Source: Hyphomonadaceae bacterium
GTDB taxonomy: Bacteria; Pseudomonadota; Alphaproteobacteria; Caulobacterales; Aquidulcibacteraceae
DNA: 51,489 nucleotides
Direction: 5' to 3'
Assembly: GCA_027492515.1 (NCBI GenBank)
Contig: JAPUEP010000196.1
Location: 1-51,489 of the forward strand
Part shown: positions 1 to 8,944 of the stretch, in pieces
Layout: each line of letters starts with the position of its first letter
Numbering within the stretch: the first letter of the stretch is position 1
The notes under the pieces: model-generated
What the model was told of the DNA's origin: nothing
Database searches by the model: none
What the model saw: the letters and a program-made list of their open reading frames with translations, nothing else
Translations under genes and position numbers: made by a program

Positions 1-114
1 ATTTTGGATTGTGCGCGCCTTGGGCCGCATATTTTCAATCTTGGGCATGGTGTAGTGCCCCAAACCCCAATTGCCAACGTAGAAGCTATGATTAAGCTTG
101 TAAGGGGTAATTAA
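1..114 (+). CDS. hemE: uroporphyrinogen decarboxylase, 3' end only (runs off window)
   Basis: Frame 1 translates [37 protein letters not shown]; [11 protein letters not shown] is the HemE C-terminal motif; abuts hemH. Confidence 0.92.
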   Translation: MLDCARLGPHIFNLGHGVVPQTPIANVEAMIKLVRGN

Positions 115-1074
115 ATGAAGATTGCGGTGGTTTTATTCAACCTTGGCGGACCTGATAAATCAGAAAATATAAAACCTTTTTTAAGAAACCTTTTTAAAGA
201 TCCCGCAATTATTGATTTACCAAATCCTTTGCGTGCTTTTGTTGCATGGCTTATTTCAACAACACGTGCGCCAAAGGCAAAGCCATTATATGATTTAATG
301 GGTGGTTTTTCGCCACTTTTGGAAAATACCAATGCACAAAAAGATGCTTTGGAAAAAGTTTTAAAATCAAAATTTCCAAATGATGAAATTAAAATTTTTA
401 TATCAATGCGTTATTGGCACCCATTAAGTGATGAATGTGCAAAACAAGTTGATGAATTTTCACCTGATAAAACAATATTATTGCCGCTTTATCCACATTA
501 TTCACTAACAACTACTGGATCATCAATAAAGGAATTTAAAAAATTCTATAAAAAAGCGACATTTGAAATTTTAGAATATCCAAAATTGTCGGGCTTTATC
601 GCCGCCAATGTTAAAAACATTATGGAAGAATGGGATAAATTAGGTAATCCACAAAAAGTTCGGGTTTTATTTTCGGCACATGGTTTGCCACAAAAAATTA
701 TTGATGCTGGCGATCCATACGAAAAACAAATAAATGAAACCGCAAATGCTATAAAAGAAATTTTACCGCCATTTTTTGAAACACAGGTTTGTTTTCAATC
801 CAAAGTTGGGCCTTTAAAATGGCTTGAACCATCAACGCCAGATGAGATTATTCGTGCATCACGCGATAAAATCGGCATTATAATTTGCCCAATTGCTTTT
901 GTTAGTGATCATATTGAAACCTTGGTTGAACTTGATGTGGAATATAAGGAAATCTGCCATGAATTAGGTGTGCCTTTCATGGGTCGCTCTAAAACTGTTT
1001 CATGCGATAAGGATTTTATCGAAGGTCTTGCAAATTTGGTGATTGATAAAGTGAAAGAAGGCGAAAATGCTTGA
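115..1074 (+). CDS. hemH: ferrochelatase
   Basis: LFNLGGP, MRYWHP, LPLYPHYS, FSAHGLP, FQSKVGP..WLEP, FVSDHIETLVELD motifs. Confidence 0.96.
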   Translation: MKIAVVLFNLGGPDKSENIKPFLRNLFKDPAIIDLPNPLRAFVAWLISTTRAPKAKPLYDLMGGFSPLLENTNAQKDALEKVLKSKFPNDEIKIFISMRYWHPLSDECAKQVDEFSPDKTILLPLYPHYSLTTTGSSIKEFKKFYKKATFEILEYPKLSGFIAANVKNIMEEWDKLGNPQKVRVLFSAHGLPQKIIDAGDPYEKQINETANAIKEILPPFFETQVCFQSKVGPLKWLEPSTPDEIIRASRDKIGIIICPIAFVSDHIETLVELDVEYKEICHELGVPFMGRSKTVSCDKDFIEGLANLVIDKVKEGENA

Positions 1075-1522
1075 TTTTTTTTCAAACAATTATGAAATTT
1101 TGCGCGCCTTACATATTATTGCCGTGATTGCATGGATGGCGGGTCTTATGTATTTGCCACGAATTTTTGTTTATCATTCAAATGTTGAAATTGGTTCACA
1201 AACCGATGAAACCTTAAAAACCATGGAACGAAAATTATTTCGCTTCATTATGGAACCATCAATGATTGTTGTTTGGTGCCTTGGTATAAGCCTTATAATG
1301 GCACGTGGCGGTTATGAATTTTTGAAAAATCACTTTGTAATGGTAAAACTTACAATGGTGATTTTAATAACAATTGTTCACATGTTTTATGGCAAATGGC
1401 AAAGCGAATTTGCCAAAGGAAAACGACCTTTAAATCACGTTTTTTACCGCTTTATCAATGAATTACCATTTATATTAATGATAATTGCTGTCTTTATGGT
1501 GGTTTTAGAGCCTAATTTCTAA
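1067..1522 (+). CDS. hemJ: protoporphyrinogen IX oxidase HemJ
   Basis: ALHIIAVIAWMAGLMYLPRIFVYH, MERKL, R.INE.P motifs; follows hemE-hemH. Confidence 0.95.
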   Translation: MLDFFSNNYEILRALHIIAVIAWMAGLMYLPRIFVYHSNVEIGSQTDETLKTMERKLFRFIMEPSMIVVWCLGISLIMARGGYEFLKNHFVMVKLTMVILITIVHMFYGKWQSEFAKGKRPLNHVFYRFINELPFILMIIAVFMVVLEPNF

Positions 1523-2406
1523 CCTAAATTACGGCGTAATTTAGCTGCTATTATTGTATTTTGCATCAAGCATGCAATTGTCATTGGCCCAACACCACCA
1601 GGAACAGGCGTAATTTGACCTGCAATTTCTTTTGCACTTTCAAAATCGACATCACCAACCAATTTAGTTTTTGATTTGGCATCAGGGGCAGTATTTTCAA
1701 CGCGGTTTATACCAACATCAATAACGCATGCGCCTTTTTTAACCCAATCGCCTTTAACCATTAATGGCCGCCCAACTGCCGCAACCAAAATATCGGCATT
1801 TTTGCAAATTTCAGGTAAGTTTTTGGTTTTTGAATGGGCGATTGTGATTGTGCAATTTTCTTCTAAAAACAAAAGTGCCGCAGGTTTTCCAACCAAAATT
1901 GAACGCCCAATAATAACAACATTCAAACCTGTTAAATCATCACCCAATGCCGATTTTGCCAAAATAACCGAACCTGATGGTGTGCATGCCCTAAGGCCGA
2001 TTTTACCCAATGATAATTTTCCGGCGCTTTTTTCAGTAAGGCCATCAACATCTTTTAATGGGTCGATATGTTCGATTACTGCATCTTGATTAAGATGTTT
2101 TGGCAATGGTAATTGCACCAAAATTCCATCAATACTCTCATCTTGGCTTAGTTCTTTTACCTTTGCCTCTAATTCTTCTTGTGTGGTTTCGGCAGGCATA
2201 ACAAATTCAAGTGATTTTATGCCAATTTCACCCGCAGTTCTTACTTTATTGCGCACATAGACTTGGCTTGCGGGGTCTTCGCCAACTAATACAACCGCAA
2301 GGCATGGCGTGAAACCATGTTCTTTTTCGATTTTTTGTAATTCTTCTTTGGTTTTTTGGTTTAAAATTTGGGCTTGTTGCTTGCCATCGATGATTTGCGC
2401 GCTCAT
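1519..2406 (-). CDS. folD: bifunctional methylenetetrahydrofolate dehydrogenase/cyclohydrolase
   Basis: IDGK, YVRNK, GILVQLPLP, KDVDG, GRSILVGKP, TPVPGGVGPMT. Confidence 0.97.
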   Translation of the reverse strand: MSAQIIDGKQQAQILNQKTKEELQKIEKEHGFTPCLAVVLVGEDPASQVYVRNKVRTAGEIGIKSLEFVMPAETTQEELEAKVKELSQDESIDGILVQLPLPKHLNQDAVIEHIDPLKDVDGLTEKSAGKLSLGKIGLRACTPSGSVILAKSALGDDLTGLNVVIIGRSILVGKPAALLFLEENCTITIAHSKTKNLPEICKNADILVAAVGRPLMVKGDWVKKGACVIDVGINRVENTAPDAKSKTKLVGDVDFESAKEIAGQITPVPGGVGPMTIACLMQNTIIAAKLRRNLG

Positions 2407-2413
2407 TTTATTC

Positions 2414-2725
2414 CTATTTGGGTAAAAGTGCTTTGATAATCGCCTCTATATCCAAATTTTTATTTTTTACCAATAGGCATTTGGTGCGCCCTTTTTGCCC
2501 AGCTTTTAATTCTATATCAGATTTTGGGATTTTAAGGGTTTTGGCAATGATTTTTATAATCGCATCATTTGCAGCGCCATCTTCAGGGATAGCGCGAATT
2601 TTCACTTTTAAATATTGATTGCCATCATCGCGGTTTTCAACACCGTCAATTTTTTCAACTTTGGCATTTGGTGTGGCACGAATATGAATTTCAACGCCAT
2701 CCAAATGTTTCTTTACAAAAGCCAT
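2414..2725 (-). CDS. DUF167/YggU family protein
   Basis: ATPNAK, LKVKIRAIPEDGAAN, G.K.R.K; conserved yggT-yggU-folD context. Confidence 0.88.
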   Translation of the reverse strand: MAFVKKHLDGVEIHIRATPNAKVEKIDGVENRDDGNQYLKVKIRAIPEDGAANDAIIKIIAKTLKIPKSDIELKAGQKGRTKCLLVKNKNLDIEAIIKALLPK

Positions 2726-2726
2726 A

Positions 2727-3008
2727 TTAGAATGGGATTAAAGGAACAACAAAACGTTGTAAAAAACCAATAATAAGCCAAAGAATAATTGGCGAAATAT
2801 CAACCCCACCCATTGCAGGAACAACTTTTCTAATTGGGTTTAGAACAGGTGAAGTTATTCTATCCGAAACATCGGCGATTGTGCCAACTAATTTGTTTCT
2901 TGTATTCACAACATCAAAAGCCACAAGCCAGCTAAGAATTGCGTTAATTATCACAACCGAAAAGAATAAATTCAAAACATTGAATGTAAGCCACTGAACT
3001 GGTCCCAT
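2727..3008 (-). CDS. YggT family membrane protein
   Basis: ILSWL, P.L.PIRK..P.MGGVDISPI. Confidence 0.92.
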   Translation of the reverse strand: MGPVQWLTFNVLNLFFSVVIINAILSWLVAFDVVNTRNKLVGTIADVSDRITSPVLNPIRKVVPAMGGVDISPIILWLIIGFLQRFVVPLIPF

Positions 3009-3063
3009 TGAAATCTCCTAATATCGTATATTTAGAGTGTTTTTTGAAAATTGTAAGGATTAG

Positions 3064-3110
3064 TGCCCAAAAAATATGCACAAAAAGCGTGCATGCATTG
3101 TTGATATGCA
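3064..3110. promoter_or_regulatory. three TGC-N11-GCA (NtrC-like) boxes in the yggT/ppc divergent region
   Basis: TGCCCAAAAAATATGCA (3064-3080), TGCACAAAAAGCGTGCA (3077-3093), TGCATTGTTGATATGCA (3094-3110). Confidence 0.5.
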
Positions 3111-3130
3111 AAATTTGAACGTCAAAGTGA

Positions 3131-3159
3131 TTGTGAAATAAGTATTTCTATTATAATGG
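3131..3159 (+). promoter_or_regulatory. putative sigma70-type promoter of ppc
   Basis: TTGTGA-N17-TAATGG (or N15-TATAAT) about 65 nt upstream of the AGGA-preceded ATG. Confidence 0.5.
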
Positions 3160-3222
3160 GGCGTATCTGGGCTGGGGAACTTAGATAGATTTAAATCTCT
3201 TAAAGGGCTTTATAGGAATAAA

Positions 3223-5988
3223 ATGGCTAGTGATTTGTCAACCCGCCTGCGTGAGCTTCATGCTTTTACTGCGCAAACCCCGCTTTTTAACCCAGTTTTT
3301 CAACTTGGTCTTGATTTATCACGCGATCTTGAAGGCGGAAAAAAAAGCCTTAAGGATATTGCTTCTTATGTAAGTGAATTAGAGTGCGAGGCTTTAAAAA
3401 ACCGTGCCCAGCATTTGCATGATCTTGTTGCGCCTATTGATATTGATAAAAATCTTGAAGTATTTCGAAACCTAGTTTTAAACTCTGCGCAAAATAATGA
3501 TTTTTCAAAATTCCAACAAATTTGGTCAAAGCCATTAATTCATTGCGTATTCACGGCGCACCCAACATTTTTACTTAATCGTGATCAAACCGAAAATGTT
3601 GCAAATGCGGCAAGTAGTGGTGAAGTTACAAATGCAATTTGTGAAATTGCACCGAAAAATGAAAATATAAGCCTTGATTACGAACATGAAGAAGCAATGG
3701 CGGCAATCGCAAATGCCCAAAATGCACGTAATCAATTAAGCGAAATAATAATAAATATTGCCCAAAAGCATTATCCTGATGAATGGCATAAAATTTTGCC
3801 AAAACCCTATAAATTCGCCACTTGGGTTGGCTATGATATGGATGGGCGAACCGATATTACATGGGCAAATTCTTTGCGTTATCGTATGCTTGAAAAAGCC
3901 CAAAAACTTGAACAATATTCAAATATGGCTGCAAATATTGGCCTTACAGATTTGGCAAAACGTTTAAAAGAAGCGCGAAATTATACGAAAAATCTTGCCG
4001 ATGCATTGGCAAAAAATTTGGATAATCCAAAAGATTTATCAAAAATTGCAAATGAAATAACACATGATAATGAAAATAAAATCCTTAGCCTTAAGGCAAT
4101 AATTGATGAATTAACCCAAATTGCCAAAAATAAAAACGCCAATGAGGCGCGTGATATTTTGGTTCTTGCGGCAAATATGGAAAATGATGGCCTTGGAATG
4201 GGCGAAATTCATTTCCGCCTTAATTCAATGCAATTAAATAACGCAATTCGCGCGCTTTTGGTTGATGAAGAAGAATTTGAACTTTCAAGCGCAACCGCTT
4301 TAAAACGCCTTCAAAAACTTATTAAAGAAGTTGAACCAGTAAGAAGTAATTTTGCGGCATTGGCAATCGAAACCACAACCGCGCTTCGTCAATTTTTGGC
4401 AATTGTGCAGATTTTGCACCACATCGATAGTGATGCACCAATTCGCCTTTTAATTGCCGAATGTGAACAGCCGCAAACGGTTCTTATTGCGCTATATTTT
4501 GCAAAATTATTTGGCATTGATGAAAAAATCGACATTTCGCCATTATTCGAAACCGAAAGCGCAATGGAACATGGCGCACGTTTCCTTGATGCGATAATGG
4601 GTGATATAAATTATCGCAAATATGTTCGTAAACGTGGGCGCATTGCAATACAAACCGGCTTCTCAGACGCAGGAAGATTTGTTGGGCAAATCCCTGCTGC
4701 ACTTGCGATTGAGCGTCTGCATGGTCGTCTTGCGCGCATTATGGCTAAACATGATCTTGAAGATGTTTCGGCGCTTATTTTCAATACGCATGGCGAAAGC
4801 ATGGGGCGCGGCGCACATCCAAATTCTATCGAAGATAGACTGACATATCCAATGTCAATTTGGGCCAGAAGCCAATTTTCAACCCGCGATATTAAAACCG
4901 AAATCGAAGTTAGTTTCCAAGGCGGCGATGGTTATTTATTTTTCCGCTCTGATATTTTGGCACTTGCAACATTAACGCGTATTGCCGAAGTGGAAATGGC
5001 GCCAAAATCAACACAAACCGACCCATTTTATACAAGAACCGACCTAAGCCTTGATTATTATCGTGGAATTCGCCGTGTGCAGCGTGAATATTTGAATAAT
5101 TCGGCCTATGCACGTGCTATTTCTGCCTTTGGTTTGGGGCTTTTGAAGGAAACAGGCTCGCGAAAATCACGCCGCCAATCGGATATTGCCGCCGATAGGG
5201 ATATGAGTTTGCGTCAAATCCGCGCCATCCCTCATAATGCAATTTTGCAGCAATTAGGATATCCAGTGAACGTTCTTGCAGGTGCAGGAACAGCGGCAAA
5301 AGACAATATTGAGGCAATCGCAGAATTAATAAATAATAGCCCACGGGGTCGCCAATTGGTTCGCCTTTTGGATGCTTCAAATGCGCGTGCAAGTATTAAA
5401 ACCCTTGCGGCATATGGTGATTTATTCAATTGCGCTTATTGGGCATCACGCCCATATCGTGGCACCGAAAGCCATCTTGAAAATGCGTGTTTGGCCTTGG
5501 CTGAAAAACTTGAATATGATGATAGGCCAGGGGAAATGCGCCGTCTTGCATCAAGTTTGCGAATTGATGCTTTACGTTTACATAGGTTTAGAACCCATAT
5601 TGAACAAAAAAACGCAGGTAATGAAGAAATGCGTCGCTCCTTGGGGGTTCTTCATGCGCTTCGCCTTTGTTTAATGCAGCATATTTTCTTAAGGGCGGTG
5701 CAAATACCATCATTCTCAAGACGTAATGACATAAGCCGTGATGATATTTTGGAAATGATTTTCTCTTTAAGAATTGATGATGCATTGGCCTTATTGCGCA
5801 AGGCATTTCCTGTTTCTGCACCATCAATCAATGATTTTGAAATTGATGAGCCAACAGATTATCCAAAACAAGATGCCCAAGCATATCAAAAATTGCATGA
5901 AGATTATTTTGATGCCATCGATATTGCATATCAATTAATCTTACGAATTGGTGTTTCAATTGCCAATTATTTTGGTGCACACGGCTAA
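3223..5988 (+). CDS. ppc: phosphoenolpyruvate carboxylase, divergent type
   Basis: VFTAHPT, WVGYDMDG, PLFET, GFSDAG, HG..MGRG, FQG, RAIP motifs in PEPC order; 921 aa. Confidence 0.85.
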   Translation: MASDLSTRLRELHAFTAQTPLFNPVFQLGLDLSRDLEGGKKSLKDIASYVSELECEALKNRAQHLHDLVAPIDIDKNLEVFRNLVLNSAQNNDFSKFQQIWSKPLIHCVFTAHPTFLLNRDQTENVANAASSGEVTNAICEIAPKNENISLDYEHEEAMAAIANAQNARNQLSEIIINIAQKHYPDEWHKILPKPYKFATWVGYDMDGRTDITWANSLRYRMLEKAQKLEQYSNMAANIGLTDLAKRLKEARNYTKNLADALAKNLDNPKDLSKIANEITHDNENKILSLKAIIDELTQIAKNKNANEARDILVLAANMENDGLGMGEIHFRLNSMQLNNAIRALLVDEEEFELSSATALKRLQKLIKEVEPVRSNFAALAIETTTALRQFLAIVQILHHIDSDAPIRLLIAECEQPQTVLIALYFAKLFGIDEKIDISPLFETESAMEHGARFLDAIMGDINYRKYVRKRGRIAIQTGFSDAGRFVGQIPAALAIERLHGRLARIMAKHDLEDVSALIFNTHGESMGRGAHPNSIEDRLTYPMSIWARSQFSTRDIKTEIEVSFQGGDGYLFFRSDILALATLTRIAEVEMAPKSTQTDPFYTRTDLSLDYYRGIRRVQREYLNNSAYARAISAFGLGLLKETGSRKSRRQSDIAADRDMSLRQIRAIPHNAILQQLGYPVNVLAGAGTAAKDNIEAIAELINNSPRGRQLVRLLDASNARASIKTLAAYGDLFNCAYWASRPYRGTESHLENACLALAEKLEYDDRPGEMRRLASSLRIDALRLHRFRTHIEQKNAGNEEMRRSLGVLHALRLCLMQHIFLRAVQIPSFSRRNDISRDDILEMIFSLRIDDALALLRKAFPVSAPSINDFEIDEPTDYPKQDAQAYQKLHEDYFDAIDIAYQLILRIGVSIANYFGAHG

Positions 5989-6006
5989 AAGCATTGATAA
6001 AAAATT

Positions 6007-6029
6007 GGCGGCTTGAAAGCCGCCTTTTT
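6007..6029. terminator. intrinsic terminator between convergent ppc and the polyamine ABC ATPase gene
   Basis: GGCGGCTT-GA-AAGCCGCC followed by TTTTT; A-run upstream. Confidence 0.85.
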
Positions 6030-7161
6030 AATTCTGTAATAAAACCGGGCTATCGCCGTGAAAGCAAAGCCAAACATTATCATCCCATGTGAAATCTTCT
6101 TGATCCCAACGTGATAGATTTGGTCTTGAAACCTGCATTTTGCGGCCATTTTCTAATATAACTTCATAAATACTTTCAGAGCCAAGATATGAAATTTGTT
6201 TGATTGTGCCTTTAAGGACGTTACAATCCTCTGGTGCATCTTCCATAACTGGCCTTGGACCACCTTCAACGCGTTTTATAAGCTCAATTTTTTCAGGGCG
6301 AATGCCAACCCACATGCTTTCACCCGATGCACCCGAAACCCCATGGTCGAAATAGATTTTTCCACCCATTTCTTCGGATTCAATAATTGCATGGTCTGGC
6401 TCATCCACTACCAATTTACCTTCAAATAAATTCACCGAACCAATGAAATCGGCAACAAATTTATTTGATGGAAATTCATAAAGCGACGATGGGGTCGCAA
6501 GTTGCATCAAACGCCCCCTATCCATAACCGCACAGCGGCATGCCATTGCCAATGCTTCATCTTGGTCATGTGTTACCATAATGAAGGTAATGCCAACTTT
6601 TTCCTGCAAGGCCGTAAGCTCAAAACGCATTGCTTCGCGTAATTTTGCATCAAGTGCCGATAAAGGCTCATCAAGTAAAAGCACTTTTGGGCGTTTTACC
6701 AAGGCGCGGGCAAGTGCCACCCTTTGGCGTTGACCGCCCGACATTTGGTCAGGCTTTCTATCGGCAAGATGTTCAAGTTTAACATCGGCAAGTGCCGCCA
6801 TAACCCGTGAATATTGTTCAGTTTTTGGAACATTATCAAATTTCAAACCGTATGCGACATTGTCAAAAACGCTCATATGCGGGAAAACGGCATAGGATTG
6901 GAAAACCGTATTAATCGGGCGTTTGTTTGGCGGAACATTTGAAACATCAATTCCATCAATATAGATTTTGCCCTCTGTCGGAACTTCAAACCCCGCAAGC
7001 ATTCGCAAAAGTGTGGTTTTACCGCATCCTGAAGGGCCCAAAAGGGCGAAAAATTCGCCGCGTTTTATTTCAAGGCTTACATCATCAACCGCCGCAACTT
7101 TGCCAAAGCGTTTAGTGACATTTTCGATTTTTATAATGGTTTCATCGCTTACTTCTGCCAT
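6028..7161 (-). CDS. polyamine ABC transporter ATP-binding subunit (PotA/PotG family)
   Basis: GPSGCGKTT, VFQSYAVFPHM, MSGGQRQR, LLLDEPLSALD, C-terminal TOBE-like region. Confidence 0.93.
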   Translation of the reverse strand: MAEVSDETIIKIENVTKRFGKVAAVDDVSLEIKRGEFFALLGPSGCGKTTLLRMLAGFEVPTEGKIYIDGIDVSNVPPNKRPINTVFQSYAVFPHMSVFDNVAYGLKFDNVPKTEQYSRVMAALADVKLEHLADRKPDQMSGGQRQRVALARALVKRPKVLLLDEPLSALDAKLREAMRFELTALQEKVGITFIMVTHDQDEALAMACRCAVMDRGRLMQLATPSSLYEFPSNKFVADFIGSVNLFEGKLVVDEPDHAIIESEEMGGKIYFDHGVSGASGESMWVGIRPEKIELIKRVEGGPRPVMEDAPEDCNVLKGTIKQISYLGSESIYEVILENGRKMQVSRPNLSRWDQEDFTWDDNVWLCFHGDSPVLLQN

Positions 7162-7176
7162 GTTAAATCCTTGGTC

Positions 7177-8016
7177 TTATGTGTTTTTCTTTGGCTGTTC
7201 TTGAAGGCGCATCGCAATTACAGTTGCAATAATTGTAAGAACGATAATGATTGTTGATGCTGCATTGATTAAGCCCCCATTCGGGAAACGCACCATCGAA
7301 TAAACTTTAATTGGGAAAGTCACTGTTCCAGGGCCAGAGGCAAAGAAGGTAATCACAAAATCATCAAGTGATAATGTGAATGCCAATAATGCACCCGCAA
7401 CAATGCCTGGCGCCATATGTGGAACAATTATATCCATAAAGGCGCGCCATTGGCTTGCCCCTAAATCAAGGGCGGCGCTTTCAAGTTCTTGGTTGAAATT
7501 TTCAAGTCTTGCCCGAACCACAACGGCAACGAATGGGAATGCAAATGTAATATGTGCGATTGTAATTTCAGCCAAATTTAAAGGCCATGGTAAATCACTT
7601 GGCCAATGAATTTTGGAGAAGAACATCAAAACCCCAACACCCATACAGATTTCAGGTACAACAATTGGTAAATTAAGGCCAGATTCCAAAATTCCTTTCA
7701 TCGGAAATTTAAAACGCCACAAAACAAAACCAATTAAAGTTCCCAAAATTACTGAAACAAAGGTACAGGCAATCGCAATTAAAATGGAATTAGTTAGTGC
7801 CTCTCTAATACCATCATTTTCAAAGACTTTTTGATACCATTTAAAGGTAAAGCCTTTCCATTCAATCATGCGCTTACTATCATTAAAGCTAAAAGCAATA
7901 AGAATGAAAAGCGGTGTATAAAGGAATATTAAAACCCCTAATATCCATGCCCTAAGCCGAAGGCTTTTCGTATATTCTAATGGTGCACGGGGTTCACGTT
8001 TGAAAATATTTTTCAT
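7177..8016 (-). CDS. polyamine ABC transporter permease (PotC/PotI family)
   Basis: FLYTPL..LIAFSFN, GFTFKWY, ESAALDLGA, SLDDFVIT. Confidence 0.92.
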   Translation of the reverse strand: MKNIFKREPRAPLEYTKSLRLRAWILGVLIFLYTPLFILIAFSFNDSKRMIEWKGFTFKWYQKVFENDGIREALTNSILIAIACTFVSVILGTLIGFVLWRFKFPMKGILESGLNLPIVVPEICMGVGVLMFFSKIHWPSDLPWPLNLAEITIAHITFAFPFVAVVVRARLENFNQELESAALDLGASQWRAFMDIIVPHMAPGIVAGALLAFTLSLDDFVITFFASGPGTVTFPIKVYSMVRFPNGGLINAASTIIIVLTIIATVIAMRLQEQPKKNT

Positions 8017-8024
8017 TTTACCCC

Positions 8025-8921
8025 CTAATGACCTGTTGAAACTTTCCCGCCCTTTGCTTCAAAATATGAGCGTAAGGCAAAGAAAATCAAAGTGATATAC
8101 ATTAATAAGAATGATAAAGCGGCACCAAAAGGCCAATCATTTGCACGTTTAAATTGCCGCTCGATAAGGCTTGCAATCATCAAATCATTTGGCCCACCCA
8201 ATAAATCAGGCGTTAAATACGCACCCATTGCAGGGATAAAAGTAATAACAATACCGGCGGCAATACCTGGTAATGCAAGTGGAACAATTATGCGAAATAA
8301 TGTTTCGCCATGCCCAGCACCCAAATCCAATGACGCCTCAATTAAGGATCTATCCAATTTATCTAATGCGGCATAAAGCGGCAAAACCATAAAGGGTAAA
8401 TGCACATAAATAAGGCCAATAATGATTGCGGTTTTATTATATAATAATTGTTTTGGTTCAAATGTTCCAACATCAAAACCCGCGCCCAAAAGGAAGTTAT
8501 GAATACCCAAAAGCCCCATATTTATAAGACCTTGAGCGCCCATAACGCTTATCAATGCATAGGTACGAATTAGCAAATTAGTCCAAAATGGAAGCATTAT
8601 TAAAAGCAAAAGCCATGATTTTGTCTTGTCATCGGCAAAAGTCATGGCAATAGCAACAGGGAAGGCTAAAACAAGGCAAACAAGCGTGGCAATTGTTGCC
8701 ATGACAATTGATTGCCACAAAACTTGCAAAACATCGCGGTCAAAAACATGTTTGTAGTTTTTGAAAGTTCCAGTTATTTCAACGTCAATAAGTCCGTTAT
8801 TCTCACCAAAAGAATAAACCCAAACTAATGCCATTGGCATCACAAAGAAAACAACAAACCATATAGTTGGTGCAAGCATAGTGCCCCAAAAAAACCGCTT
8901 ATTTTCATACCAATTTTGCAT
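8025..8921 (-). CDS. polyamine ABC transporter permease (PotB/PotH family)
   Basis: LPFWTNLLIRTYA, LPFMVLPLY, EASLDLGA, DWPFGAA. Confidence 0.92.
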   Translation of the reverse strand: MQNWYENKRFFWGTMLAPTIWFVVFFVMPMALVWVYSFGENNGLIDVEITGTFKNYKHVFDRDVLQVLWQSIVMATIATLVCLVLAFPVAIAMTFADDKTKSWLLLLIMLPFWTNLLIRTYALISVMGAQGLINMGLLGIHNFLLGAGFDVGTFEPKQLLYNKTAIIIGLIYVHLPFMVLPLYAALDKLDRSLIEASLDLGAGHGETLFRIIVPLALPGIAAGIVITFIPAMGAYLTPDLLGGPNDLMIASLIERQFKRANDWPFGAALSFLLMYITLIFFALRSYFEAKGGKVSTGH

Positions 8922-8944
8922 GTTTTAGCCTATCTAAAATTATA

